Assembly (NCBI GenBank): GCA_965198225.1
Contig: CBDAOY010000003.1
Span: 1-64,000, forward strand
Length of the DNA: 64,000 nt
Direction: 5' to 3'
From: Terriglobia bacterium
GTDB taxonomy: Bacteria > Acidobacteriota > Terriglobia > 20CM-2-55-15
Below are positions 1-10,610 of the stretch, piece after piece. Both the position numbers and the translations under genes were made by a program. Each line of letters begins with the position of its first letter. The first letter of the stretch is position 1. The notes under the pieces were generated by a model. It saw only the letters and a list, made by a program, of their open reading frames with translations, made no database searches and was not told the origin of the DNA.

Positions 1-134
1 TCCACATCCAGGATGACCGGCAAGTGCTGGCCCGGGCTCGCGTTGAAGATCGGCAGGTGAGTTTCGGAGAACTCGGCTCTGAAGTCCAGGCTAAGCGTTT
101 TCTGGTCTTTCGTGACGGTGTAGCGGCCGCACAT
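1..134 (-). CDS. SOS response-associated peptidase (SRAP/YedK family), N-terminal part; runs off window edge
   Basis: Manual translation from ATG at 134: MCGRYTVTKDQKTL...FNASPGQHLPVILDV. MCGRY start and FNxxPGQ motif are diagnostic. Not in the ORF track. Confidence 0.85.
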   Translation of the reverse strand, partial: MCGRYTVTKDQKTLSLDFRAEFSETHLPIFNASPGQHLPVILDV

Positions 135-393
135 GATTTCAAATGCTACCAAAACCCAGAACTGCGCCTACTCCCTCGGAATCACGAGAGGCCCGGCGGG
201 CATAATTCGAAAACCGTCTCTTAGAAAATCAGCCTTTCTGTCCGAAAGCCTTTGGCAACATGCATTTGCGACTCAACTGGCGCTTCTGTGCGGCGACTTC
301 ATGCGTCAAGTGGACAGTTTGATCGACGGTCTCATTTTTGAGGCCCGAAAGGGCGACTAGTACCTCGCTCGCCGTTCCGCTACGCACTGCCAA

Positions 394-1275
394 CTAAGAC
401 AGCCTTTCGTGCTCTGCTAACAGAAACGAAAGGTAGCTGCGAATCAAATTGCAGAAGAGCCTTGCCTCTCTCTCGCTGATGAGAACTCCCTCGTCGAGGT
501 CGAGTCCATGGCGTATTCCGCCACCTGTTGGAGATGAGAGATATCCGTGCAGAGATTCGATCCAACTCAGAACGCGGTTCAAGGTCGTATCGGTATTCCC
601 CCTTCGCAGTTCTCGAACGATTTGGTTGAAGTACTTGCCTTCAACGGTTCCCGTACTGGTTTCTGCGCCGCGAAATGCGGTCGAGACGGTTTCTAGGAGC
701 CATAAAGTTTCCTGGACGGCTTCCCTACCGTGTCCCGCAGAAAGTAGCTCTTCGGAACGGTGCAACGATGTTTGCAGAATTTCGACAGCATCATCGGCCA
801 GTGACCCGGGCGCGTCGGCAACTTCAATCACGACCTCGCTTTCCTCGCGAAGCTCTAGTCGAGGTGGCTTAATTTGATACCCGATATCGTGGCTCACTAG
901 CAGCGCGTTGACCATGTTGGCGTCGGGCACAAAGAAATCGTCATTATCCTCTTCAAATGACGCGCACGCGTCATAGAAGGCCTCGATAAAAAGCGGTGCG
1001 TTTCGAGCCGCTTCGTGTGCGTAGGTGTGAAGATCCGTTTCGGCCCAACTCAAACTTGAGCTCCACGAATGTGTTGCCCCGGCGGCTTTGCAGAAATGGT
1101 CTTTGAAGTGTTCGATGATCCTTTGCCGGTCGTCTTCCTGCGTCGCAATTTTCATAATGAGATCGATGCACTCAGAAACAGCGGCCTCTGGAATGCTCTC
1201 GTTCAAGAATTTACCGTCTGCGGGGGGCTTAAATCGCCATGCACCCATAAAGTTTAGAGGCATCGTACGTTTCAC
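394..1275 (-). CDS. AbiJ-like/HEPN-domain hypothetical protein (putative abortive infection)
   Basis: 293-aa ORF; C-terminal LHGYLSSPTGGGIRHG...EARLFCNLIRSYL resembles the AbiJ-type HEPN 'GGIRH' motif. Confidence 0.55.
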   Translation of the reverse strand: MKRTMPLNFMGAWRFKPPADGKFLNESIPEAAVSECIDLIMKIATQEDDRQRIIEHFKDHFCKAAGATHSWSSSLSWAETDLHTYAHEAARNAPLFIEAFYDACASFEEDNDDFFVPDANMVNALLVSHDIGYQIKPPRLELREESEVVIEVADAPGSLADDAVEILQTSLHRSEELLSAGHGREAVQETLWLLETVSTAFRGAETSTGTVEGKYFNQIVRELRRGNTDTTLNRVLSWIESLHGYLSSPTGGGIRHGLDLDEGVLISEREARLFCNLIRSYLSFLLAEHERLS

Positions 1276-1356
1276 CCAGTGTCCCTAACACCCTATCACC
1301 TGTCGCTCGTCTCCGGCGTTCTTCAGCACCTTGTTAGAGGTCTGGCACGTAGTGAG

Positions 1357-2721
1357 GAGGTCATTACAAAAGGTGTGTAAAAGTCATCAGGCGGCGGCCT
1401 TCGATTTCATCACGACTCTGATGCCGTCAGCGAATTGCTGACCATCATAGACCTCTTGTAAGAGTTCGGATCCTTTTAAGTGTCGCCAAGCCTTCTCAGC
1501 GACACGTAGTAGCTTCCAGATCATTGCCGTTGCATTCTCGACACGCTTGAATCGGCGAGCGGCGTTGGTGCGGAGGCGAACCATGTCGAAGGGCGATTCG
1601 ACGATGTTGGTCGTTTTCAGATGCACCCAGTGTTGTTTCGGGAACTCATAGAAAGTGATCATCTGGTCCCAGTCCCGCAACAGCGTCTCACCCGCTTTGG
1701 GATAGTTCTTCTCATATCGGCGGACGAACTGATCCCGCTTTCGTTCGCAGGCCGCGCGGGAGTTCGCGAAGGCCATCCCATGGAGCAGCTGTCTGGCCGC
1801 AGGCTGCTCGGTCTTCGGCAGATGATCGACCACGTTGATCGACTTGTGGTTCCAGCAGCGTTGTGCCTGGCCCTGGGGATGTTGCTCGGCCAGCGCGGAC
1901 GAGATGCCCAGGTGACCGTCCGCGACAGTCAGCCGTCCCAGCTTCAGGCCCCGTCTCTGGAGATTGCGCAGAATGCGGCTCCAGCACTCCTTGCTTTCCC
2001 GCTGCCCGCTCTCACAGGCCAACACCACTTTGCGCCCGTCTGACAAGGCTCCGATGATCACCAGCAATGCCGCTCGCTCTTTCGCGATCCCCGCTTTCAC
2101 GTACAAGCCGTCTGCCCACTGGCAGACGACCTCGAGGCCGGACAGGTCCTGCTGGACCCACTCGTCATACTCCAACTGCCAGGTCGATTTCAGTCGTTGG
2201 ATCGATGCTCGCGACAACGGAGCGCGAGCGCCAAGCAGTCCGCGCATGGCCTGCTCGAAGTCCCCTGTGGCCAGTCCGTGGAGGTAGAGCTCGGGAAGTA
2301 GCTCGCTCAGCTGTTTCGATTTCCGTCGAAAATACGGCAGGATCTGACTCTCGAACCGCTCGGCAGTGTTTCGGACCCGAGGTCGTCGAACCTCCATCGT
2401 CCCGTTCATCATTGCGAAGCGTCGCAGTTTCCCGTGACCGTTCCGGTATCCTCGTCGATTCGGACTCCGCTCCGACTTTTCCCGACCCAGAAACTGCGTG
2501 ACTTCGTCCTCAAGCAGCTCCTGTAGCCAGACTTGGACCCGGGACCGCGCCCAGTCCTCCAGAGCCTCATACGCGTTCGTTGACGCCACTGCTGCCGGTA
2601 TGTTCTTCTTCTTCATGGGTGGTGTACCTTTCTCCCGGTTGCTGCCGGGATTGCTTAGGGTTTCGAATTCACCGAAAGCGTACACCGCCTTCTCTTTTTG
2701 CACACCGATTGGAACGACCTC
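1357..2721 (-). mobile_element. IS256-family insertion sequence
   Basis: Imperfect terminal inverted repeats GAGGTCATTACAAAAGGTGTGTAAAA (1357) and revcomp GAGGTCGTTCCAATCGGTGTGCAAAA (ends 2721). No target duplication seen. Confidence 0.8.
1387..2616 (-). CDS. IS256-family transposase
   Basis: RGYRNGH, ELYLHGLATGDF, WADG, VADGHLG, QRCWNHK, TTNIVES motifs; start placed at MKKKN (2616). Confidence 0.92.
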   Translation of the reverse strand: MKKKNIPAAVASTNAYEALEDWARSRVQVWLQELLEDEVTQFLGREKSERSPNRRGYRNGHGKLRRFAMMNGTMEVRRPRVRNTAERFESQILPYFRRKSKQLSELLPELYLHGLATGDFEQAMRGLLGARAPLSRASIQRLKSTWQLEYDEWVQQDLSGLEVVCQWADGLYVKAGIAKERAALLVIIGALSDGRKVVLACESGQRESKECWSRILRNLQRRGLKLGRLTVADGHLGISSALAEQHPQGQAQRCWNHKSINVVDHLPKTEQPAARQLLHGMAFANSRAACERKRDQFVRRYEKNYPKAGETLLRDWDQMITFYEFPKQHWVHLKTTNIVESPFDMVRLRTNAARRFKRVENATAMIWKLLRVAEKAWRHLKGSELLQEVYDGQQFADGIRVVMKSKAAA

Positions 2722-2736
2722 TTCCACGGGGATGGG

Positions 2737-3684
2737 TCACGGATCTTGTTTCTTTTTCCCGCGTACTTTTCTGTAATGGGTACGATGGACGGCGAGCCGC
2801 GCAGTTTGGGCGATCTTCCGCATCACTTCAAATAGAGCCGATCGCCGCCGCCAAGCTAGAACGATGGTGCGGTATGGCACCGGTCGTGATATTGGACGCG
2901 TCTCAAGGCCGGACCGAAGAATTTCGGTAGGCACAGAGATGCGTGGCAGCAAGGTGATACCCATGTTGGCGCGGACCATCTGCACAAGCGTCGGCAGACT
3001 CGTTGCCCGAAAATTGAGTGCCTCAACACCTCTTCCGCTACAAAACTCGATAACCTGATCCCGAAGGCAGTGTCCCTCATCAAGCAGAAGAATGTGCTCG
3101 CCCCGCAACCGGCTGAAGGGTATCGGTGCGGACGACCGTCCAAGGCGGTGATCCCGTGGTGTTGCAAGCACGAACGGATCTTCTTCGATCGTCTCGTAGG
3201 TGAGGTCCCCGATGTCGGCTTCCAAAGCAAGCAAAGCGCCATCGAGGTTTCCATGACAGACCTGGCGAACGAGTGCCTCGGTTTTGTCCTCCAGCCAAGC
3301 CAGAGTCAAGCGCGGAAGTTCCTTGCGTAGTACCGGTGCGACGGTCGGGAGCAGGTAGGGTCCGACGGTCGGTATCACCCCGATTCGTAGCGTGCCTGCT
3401 AGAGGATCCAGGAACCGCCGTGCGGCGTCTCTCACATCGTCTACCTCAACGAGAACGCGCCGCATCCGGTCAATGAGTTCAGATCCTGCCGTGGTGATCA
3501 TCACGCCACGACGATCGCGCTCAAACAACTGGACGCCCAGCCCGGATTCTAACTCCGCCACCTGCACACTCAGTGAGGGTTGAGACACATGGCACCGCTC
3601 CGCAGCCCGGCGAAAGTTCCTCGTATCGGCCACGGTCACTGCGTACTGAATCTGCCGAAGTGAAAAGTTGAAGGGTTTCATCAT
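2737..3684 (-). CDS. oxyR: LysR-family hydrogen peroxide sensor OxyR
   Basis: LysR HTH (NFRRAAERCHVSQPSLS), redox motif LLDEGHCLRDQVIEFC (C-x8-C), RATSLPTL; divergent from katG. Confidence 0.9.
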   Translation of the reverse strand: MMKPFNFSLRQIQYAVTVADTRNFRRAAERCHVSQPSLSVQVAELESGLGVQLFERDRRGVMITTAGSELIDRMRRVLVEVDDVRDAARRFLDPLAGTLRIGVIPTVGPYLLPTVAPVLRKELPRLTLAWLEDKTEALVRQVCHGNLDGALLALEADIGDLTYETIEEDPFVLATPRDHRLGRSSAPIPFSRLRGEHILLLDEGHCLRDQVIEFCSGRGVEALNFRATSLPTLVQMVRANMGITLLPRISVPTEILRSGLETRPISRPVPYRTIVLAWRRRSALFEVMRKIAQTARLAVHRTHYRKVRGKKKQDP

Positions 3685-3686
3685 TG

Positions 3687-3723
3687 ATAGTAAAATCCTA
3701 TCATTCCCATAGAAATAATGTCT
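3687..3723. promoter_or_regulatory. OxyR binding site
   Basis: ATAG-N7-CTAT-N7-ATAG-N7-GTCT, matching the OxyR consensus ATAG-N7-CTAT-N7-ATAG-N7-CTAT, between oxyR and katG. Confidence 0.8.
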
Positions 3724-3833
3724 TGGACGTATCAACCAGGTCCGTTTCAGACTGACTGGAGATGTCGGGAAAGAGTGAGGTCAATGCACGAAGCAAATGT
3801 ACTGAATTTCTGACTTACCAGGAGCTAACTGGG

Positions 3834-6059
3834 ATGCTTAAACAAACCATATCTATGATTACCTTTCTGGCGGTTGCGATCTCTCCAGGCTTGCCAGTCA
3901 ATCTGGCGGTTGCCCAGCAGGGTGTGCCGACCAATGAGTATTGGTGGCCTAACCGCTTGAGCCTCGATCCACTGCGCCAGACGTCTCCGGAATCGAATCC
4001 TCTGGGCGAAGACTTCAACTATGCGGAAGAGTTTGAAAGCCTCGACCTAGATGCTGTGAAGGCAGACCTTGAAGAGCTGATGACGACTTCTCAGGACTGG
4101 TGGCCCGCTGACTTTGGTCACTACGGGCCGTTCTTCATTCGTATGGCTTGGCACAGTGCGGGCACCTATCGAACCATCGATGGCCGCGGTGGCGCTGACG
4201 GTGGTCTGCAACGCCTCGCGCCGCTCAACAGCTGGCCCGATAACGCAAACCTGGACAAAGCGACCCGATTGCTCTGGCCGATCAAGCAGAAGTACGGTCG
4301 CAAGATTTCCTGGGCCGACCTGATGATTTTGGCGGGCACGGTCGCCATGGAGTCGATGGGCTTCGAGACGCTGGGCTTCGCCGGTGGTCGTATCGATGCC
4401 TGGCAACCCGAATTAGTGAACTGGGGCCCTGAGGGCGAATGGCTCGCCGCCGATCGACGCAATGAGGACGGAGAACTCGATCACCCTTTCGGTGCGACGC
4501 AGATGGGCCTGATTTACGTGAATCCTGTCGGTCCAGGCGGCAACCCGGATCCACAGGCGGCCGCTCATGCCATACGTGAGGCTTTCGGCCGCATGGCGAT
4601 GAATGATGAAGAGACGGCTGCACTGATTGCGGGTGGCCACACCTTCGGTAAAGCCCATGGCGCCGCTGATCCGTCCCAGTACGTTGGTGTTGAGCCAGAG
4701 GGCGGCAATATCGAAGCACAGGGATTGGGCTGGCAAAACAGCTACGGCGCTGGCAATGGCACCGAGACGATTACCAGTGGACTGGAGGGTGCTTGGACAA
4801 TCAACCCCTCAGCGTGGACCCATAACTTCCTGGAAAACCTGTATGCCTATGAGTGGGTGCAGACTCGAAGTCCCGCCGGTGCAATCCAGTGGGAGCCCGC
4901 TGACGGCGCTGCATCGAATTTGGTGCCGGATGCCCATGATCCGTCCCAACAGCATGCGCCAATGATGCTCACCACCGACCTCGCGCTGAAGGTGGACCCG
5001 GCGTATCGGGAGATCACTTCGCGCTGGCTCGATAACCCGGAAGAGTTCGAAGACGCTTTCGCCCGGACCTGGTTCAAGCTGACTCACCGCGACCTGGGTC
5101 CGACGTCACGGTACCTGGGTGATCTGGTGCCAGACCGGCAATTCGTATGGCAAGACCCGATGCCTGAAGTGGATCACACGCTGATCGATACGCAGGATGC
5201 GGCCGAGCTGAAAGCTGACATTCTTAACTCCGGGCTGTCGAGGGCTGAATTGGTCCGGGCCTCCTGGGCCTCAGCATCCACTTTCCGCGGGACCGATATG
5301 CGCGGAGGAGCCAACGGAGCCCGTATTCGTCTCGCACCCCAGAAGGATTGGCCTCTGAACGACCCACCTGAACTGGACCGCGTGTTGGATACCCTGGAGG
5401 CGATCCAGAGTGATTTCAACAGTGCGCAATCCGGCGACAAGCGCATCTCTCTTGCAGACCTGATCGTTCTGGGCGGTGCCGCGGCCATCGAGCAGGCCGC
5501 TCAAGACGCCGGGATCGACGTCGATGTGCCCTTTGCACCCGGTCGCATGGACGCCTCGCAGGAGCAGACCGATGTGGAATCCATTGCTGTGCTCGAGCCG
5601 GCCGCCGATGGGTTCCGCAACTACTTCGCCAACGGTAACTCCCGATCTCCGGTGGAAATGCTGGTGGAGAAGGCGGCTCTGCTGAACCTGACAATTCCTG
5701 AAATGACGGTACTTGTCGGCGGCATGCGTGCGCTGAATGCCAATGCCGGTGGCTCTGCTCACGGCGTGTTCACAGACCGTCCCGGCAGGTTGAGCAACGA
5801 CTTCTTCGTGAACCTCACCGACATGTCAACCGTGTGGACTCAGTCGTCCACAGATGGCATTTACGAAGGTCGTGATCGTGCGACGGGCGAGCTCAAGTGG
5901 ACAGGTACTCCGGTGGACCTGATCTTTGGGTCGAACTCTGAGTTACGCGCAGTTGCTGAGTTCTATGCAGCTCACGACGCGCCGGAAGAGTTCGTGCATG
6001 ACTTCGTTGAGGCATGGACCAAGGTGATGACCCTGGATCGCTTCGACGTGGAACGGTAA
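3834..6059 (+). CDS. katG: Catalase-peroxidase with N-terminal signal peptide
   Basis: [44 protein letters not shown] motifs. ATG 3834 follows AGGAG and gives a hydrophobic leader ending AVA-QQ. Confidence 0.95.
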   Translation: MLKQTISMITFLAVAISPGLPVNLAVAQQGVPTNEYWWPNRLSLDPLRQTSPESNPLGEDFNYAEEFESLDLDAVKADLEELMTTSQDWWPADFGHYGPFFIRMAWHSAGTYRTIDGRGGADGGLQRLAPLNSWPDNANLDKATRLLWPIKQKYGRKISWADLMILAGTVAMESMGFETLGFAGGRIDAWQPELVNWGPEGEWLAADRRNEDGELDHPFGATQMGLIYVNPVGPGGNPDPQAAAHAIREAFGRMAMNDEETAALIAGGHTFGKAHGAADPSQYVGVEPEGGNIEAQGLGWQNSYGAGNGTETITSGLEGAWTINPSAWTHNFLENLYAYEWVQTRSPAGAIQWEPADGAASNLVPDAHDPSQQHAPMMLTTDLALKVDPAYREITSRWLDNPEEFEDAFARTWFKLTHRDLGPTSRYLGDLVPDRQFVWQDPMPEVDHTLIDTQDAAELKADILNSGLSRAELVRASWASASTFRGTDMRGGANGARIRLAPQKDWPLNDPPELDRVLDTLEAIQSDFNSAQSGDKRISLADLIVLGGAAAIEQAAQDAGIDVDVPFAPGRMDASQEQTDVESIAVLEPAADGFRNYFANGNSRSPVEMLVEKAALLNLTIPEMTVLVGGMRALNANAGGSAHGVFTDRPGRLSNDFFVNLTDMSTVWTQSSTDGIYEGRDRATGELKWTGTPVDLIFGSNSELRAVAEFYAAHDAPEEFVHDFVEAWTKVMTLDRFDVER

Positions 6060-6712
6060 TGGCAAGGTCGTAACGACAAGATAAATGCTCGAGCTTTCGA
6101 ATGGCGGCTCATATTGAGCGCCGGGTTGTGAGATCGCGTGGAACTCTTCGTGATTTGAGGAAAAGACGGTGGCACTTTCTATGCCGCCGTCTTTCTATCT
6201 GTGGCCTGCCACACTGCATTCCACGACGAGAGAGGGTTCTGGTTCACTTGTCGAAGCCGCTCAAAACCGGAAGCCGAGCGTTCAGGAGGGGTGGCCGATG
6301 ATAGCCGCAGATGGCTCTGGCTGACGACGGTTCCTGCGAAAGCGCTAGTGTAGGCCGTCACAATTGACGTAACGCAATGCGCTTTCCCAGATCCGGGTTT
6401 ATATGAGGAAAGCACCGACCATTAAGTCGGATATCCCTGTTAGAAAGGAACTGGAGCGGCTACGCAGCAGCAGCAGTGTGTCGGTCCGGTTGGTGGAACT
6501 ATTCCGATAAGGTACAGTCTGTTTGACGGGGACCACTAGCTTGCCTCTGTTCAGTATCAAGTTGAGAATGACGAATAGTTACTGACTGTGATTCGCACGA
6601 TCTGCACAACCATCACCATCCGCGCTGGCCACCGCCTAGGCATTTGGTACTACGCTGTGGTTGCCACACCGTTCTATTCTCGTCGAAAGGGCGTTTTTCA
6701 AACCAACGAGAG

Positions 6713-6979
6713 TTAGGATCGTGGAAAGACATCCAGGGGAGCAGACAGTTTCGATTTCGTCGTGTTCACATCGTTTTCCTCTCCCGACTTGAGCCGGTCC
6801 AGATAATCAGCCCACTCTTGCATCATGCTGCGCCGTTTGGCGAACAGATCCCCTCGCCGGTAGGCCGCTTCCACTTTGTTCTCTACCACGTGAGCCAAGG
6901 CCATTTCCGCCACTTCTCGCGGGTAACTCGACACCTCGCCGGACCAATCCCGGAAGCTGGAACGGAACCCGTGCAGCAC
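6713..6979 (-). pseudogene. C-terminal remnant of a P4-like tyrosine integrase
   Basis: HGFRSSFRDW...EMALAH...VEAAYRRGDLFAKRRSMMQEWADYL; N-terminal three quarters missing. Confidence 0.85.
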
Positions 6980-7009
6980 GCCGAGGTGTCAAGCTTGTGC
7001 AGTTGTCGG

Positions 7010-7858
7010 TTACAGCCCGGTCCGTTTGGAAATCCAGTTGCGAATTGCGGCAATCACTTCGGATGTCATCCCAAAGGTGCCCTGGAGATTGTGATTGAAT
7101 CCGAGGACCGTCACCTTCTTGCGGAGTTCGACGCCACAAAGCGTGTCGACGGCACCCCAGTACGCAATTCCTGGTCGATCGGGCTGCGAACTCCATGAGA
7201 GGGACCAAGCGGGCATCTGCCGGCTCTTCAGACGAAGGCCGGCGATCGTCTCAAACCGTTTGACAACAGACCGCCCGTTAAGGATCAAGACTCGAGCGGG
7301 AGAACCCCGAAGAAGGAGACCCAGGAGATCATCCGGCACGATGTCGAAGAGCGACCGATGCTGCCGTGATGTGAGTTGGGACCACTTGCTGTCTGTGGCG
7401 TATGGAACCAAGTCAAGATGACAGGCTGAAGGCCGCCCGCCATCAGCGTAAAAGGACGCCCCCGCACCAGCAACGACTTGGTCAAGCTTCGTGAACCAGT
7501 CGTATGGCTCGTTCTGAAAATAGATTCGACACCCTTCGAAGATTTTAGAGAGATGTCTGTCGTTAACGTCCGCCCAAGATCGCAGACCTAGCGACCTGAG
7601 CGCATGGAGGCGTCGATGCGTACCGTCGAGTTCGTTCCCTTCGTCGTCTAGAAACTCTAGATTGCTCGGGTTGATTCCCACCGTTGCGACTCTCGAGGCT
7701 AACAGATCTCCGAAAAATGGAACCGGGCAGGCCCATGGAATCACACATGCTGTCGACATCTCGGGCTTGTCCAAGCCGTCGACCAAAGTCTTCAACAACT
7801 CTCGAACCGCTACACCTTTCACAGCGTCCGTCCTTTCCGACGAATACAGAACGCTCAC
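7010..7858 (-). CDS. Hypothetical protein, uracil-DNA-glycosylase-superfamily-like fold
   Basis: 282 aa; PVPFFGD...VATVGINPS motif, later HLDLVPYAT and VLILNG, similar to UDG-superfamily motifs. Confidence 0.5.
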   Translation of the reverse strand: MSVLYSSERTDAVKGVAVRELLKTLVDGLDKPEMSTACVIPWACPVPFFGDLLASRVATVGINPSNLEFLDDEGNELDGTHRRLHALRSLGLRSWADVNDRHLSKIFEGCRIYFQNEPYDWFTKLDQVVAGAGASFYADGGRPSACHLDLVPYATDSKWSQLTSRQHRSLFDIVPDDLLGLLLRGSPARVLILNGRSVVKRFETIAGLRLKSRQMPAWSLSWSSQPDRPGIAYWGAVDTLCGVELRKKVTVLGFNHNLQGTFGMTSEVIAAIRNWISKRTGL

Positions 7859-8113
7859 ACGAGGAGGAGTTCCGAGTGAGCGCGACCTGAACCGCCCCTA
7901 AATCCGAGAGCGTGTTTCAGTTAGTCGGGCTTCGACGAGGCCCGGCCGTTCTTCATAGTAGGGTTTTCGACACGTGAGCGTCCACGTCGGCTCAGAATCT
8001 CCACCGCCACATCACAGGCCTGCCCCGTCGCCGGCCGGACTTCACCGGACCCAACACTGCTACTGCGCGCGATCAGCTGGCTGCGACGGTTGGCATCTCT
8101 TCGCCCGAGCCCG

Positions 8114-9500
8114 GAGTTATAACCGAATCTGGTGTTTGGGGCGGTTGAAAAAAAGCGGCGTATCTGGTTGATTTGTTGTGACGAAACATCAAAGCAACCA
8201 ATAGGAGATACGCCACTGTGAGCAAGAGTAACGTGATTGGACCGGAAGGTCGAGAAACGATTGACGATCCGGTAACAGAGCTACTACGAGTCGGGGCACA
8301 GCAACTGATCCAACGTGCGGTGGAAGCCGAATTGGCAGAGCTGCTATCCCAGCACGGCGATCGGCGAACCGAGAGCGGGAACGCTGGGGTGGTGCGCAAC
8401 GGCTATCTGCCTGAACGCAAACTGCAGACCGGTTTGGGGCCGGTAACGGTGCAAATTCCGAAGGTCCGAGCCAAGACGGGCGAAGCTGTGACGTTCCGAT
8501 CGGTCCTGGTACCCCCCTACATTCGGAAGACGAAGTCGCTGGAAGCAGCGGTGCCGTGGTTGTATTTGAAAGGCGTCTCCAGCGGCGAGATGGGTGACGC
8601 TCTAAAAGTTCTTGTCGGACCCCAGGCGCAGGGCCTGTCGGCGAGCACGGTATCGCGGTTGAAACAGGTCTGGGCCGAGCAGTACCGCCGGGGATGCGAG
8701 GAGCGATTGGATGCCGATCGCTGGGTCTATGTCTGGGCCGACGGTATCTACAGCGGACTGCGGGCCGAACAAACCAAGTTGTGCGCACTGGTGGTGATCG
8801 GCGCGAATCAACGCGGAGAGAAACGTTTTCTGGCAATCGAAGACGGTGTCCGGGAATCGACACAGAGTTGGCGCGAGGTCTTGTTAAAGCTGAAGTCGCG
8901 TGGGATGAATATCCCGAAGTTGGCCATCGGAGACGGTGCGATGGGATTCTGGGCCGCACTGGAGGAAATCTATCCCGAGACACGTCACCAACGTTGCTGG
9001 ATGCACAAGACCATGAACGTACTGAACGGGCTCCCGAAGTCGGCCCAGGCGAAGGCGAAACAGGCTTTGCACGCGATCTGGCGGGCTCAGACACAGGCAG
9101 ACGCCGAGAAGGCATTCGACCTGTTCATTGAAACCTATGAGCCGAAGTATCCGAAAGCCACTCGCTGCCTCCAGAAAGACAAAGAAGAACTGCTGGCCTT
9201 CTTCGACTTCCCGGCCAAGCACTGGCAGAGCATCCGAACGACCAATCCCATGGAGTCGACCTTTGCTACCATTCGCCACCGAACCAAGCGATCCAGGGGT
9301 TGCCTGACGCGGGTTGGCATGCTGCACATGATGTTCAAACTGGGACAGTGCGCTCAGAAGAACTGGCGACGATTACGAGGATTCGATGATCTGCCCAAGG
9401 TGATTACTGGAGTGAAATTCAACGATGGAATCGAAGTGACCCACGTCGATCAGGCCGCCGCTTGAGTCAATCGGCAAAACACCACTTTTGACAATAACTC
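8114..9500 (+). mobile_element. IS256-family insertion sequence with 9-bp target duplication
   Basis: IRs GAGTTATAACCGAATCTGGTGTTT / revcomp GAGTTATTGTCAAAAGTGGTGTTT; direct repeat CCGAGCCCG at 8105-8113 and 9501-9509. Confidence 0.92.
8218..9465 (+). CDS. IS256-family transposase
   Basis: VVRNGYLPER, WLYLKGVSSG, WADGIY, IGDGAMGFW, QRCWMHK, RTTNPMES. Confidence 0.95.
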   Translation: MSKSNVIGPEGRETIDDPVTELLRVGAQQLIQRAVEAELAELLSQHGDRRTESGNAGVVRNGYLPERKLQTGLGPVTVQIPKVRAKTGEAVTFRSVLVPPYIRKTKSLEAAVPWLYLKGVSSGEMGDALKVLVGPQAQGLSASTVSRLKQVWAEQYRRGCEERLDADRWVYVWADGIYSGLRAEQTKLCALVVIGANQRGEKRFLAIEDGVRESTQSWREVLLKLKSRGMNIPKLAIGDGAMGFWAALEEIYPETRHQRCWMHKTMNVLNGLPKSAQAKAKQALHAIWRAQTQADAEKAFDLFIETYEPKYPKATRCLQKDKEELLAFFDFPAKHWQSIRTTNPMESTFATIRHRTKRSRGCLTRVGMLHMMFKLGQCAQKNWRRLRGFDDLPKVITGVKFNDGIEVTHVDQAAA

Positions 9501-10610
9501 CCGAGCCCGTCGCCCTTCGTCTTGCCAGGTAACGTGCCCAATCCTCCATCATCTGCGATCGATCAATTGTAATTAACTACAACTAATAGACTTACTATTG
9601 ATCAGGCCACTACAATCCCCTCATTAAATCCCTCTTTCTAGACGGGAATCCATTAGACCTTAGAAGACGTCCCTAGACCGCGCAACGCGCAGCGTCCCAT
9701 GAGAGGGCGGAGCCGGTCCGGTCCGTATCGGGCAGGGCGGTCGATGGGCGAGACGGAGGTCTCGCTAGGTTGGTTCGCGCCTCATCTTCAAAGAAAGTTC
9801 ACCTATATACTCAACCCCGAGAAGCGCCAGCGCGTCGAGTGGTTGTTCGGCAACGACGAGTACGACCTTCCATAGTGGCAGGAGCACGGAGCGCACGATG
9901 CTTGAGAGACCCGAAGTCGGCGGCTACTGCGTCTCTTCCTGGTCGCAAGTTAGGCTGCCCCGGCAGCGCCGGCACCATTGCGACACGTCTGCGGTTCCCG
10001 TGACGCACGAGGTCGTCCAGCCACTCTTCGAGAAGTCGCTATCTGCCGCGCCCCGGCGCGGGACCAGCGGCATCGAAACTTTGCGGGTTCTGATCCCCCG
10101 TGCCCGCCATCACGACCTCGTTCCAATCTTGCGGCGGCCTCTCCCCGAGCAACTTAACTACCGAAGCGCGCGCCACGTCGAAGCCCTCCTCGAACGCGGC
10201 CCTCTTTGATTCGTGAGAGGACTCCTTCCTGCGTCTGTGAACGATCCCCGACCGCGCGTCGTAAAGCTGTCTCACCTTCTTGAACACGCACAAGCGGGCC
10301 TGCGTTTCCGACTCCAGAAAACATGCCGCTCGGATCTTCAGCTTGAAACTAATCTCTCCCTGGTCCAGTTCATACATCTGCTCCAGCGCGATGGCCACGT
10401 CCAGAATCTTGTCACCGTCTGCATAGTGCCCGCTTCGCGCAAGAGCCTCCGATAGCCGCGAGATCACCGGCCCATACTCCCGACACCGACCGAGATCCGG
10501 CTCCGAAAACAACCGTTTGGCCTGTTCGATGGCAACAGGGTCAAGCTCCCGCGGTTTTCCCAGACTTGTAAACGCCCGCGCCCAAGGGTCCACGCCCATA
10601 TTGCCGACTA

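Noticed and set aside
7886-7898. TGAACCGCCCC resembling an IS3-family end
   Set aside because: No partner end or transposase; too short to support.
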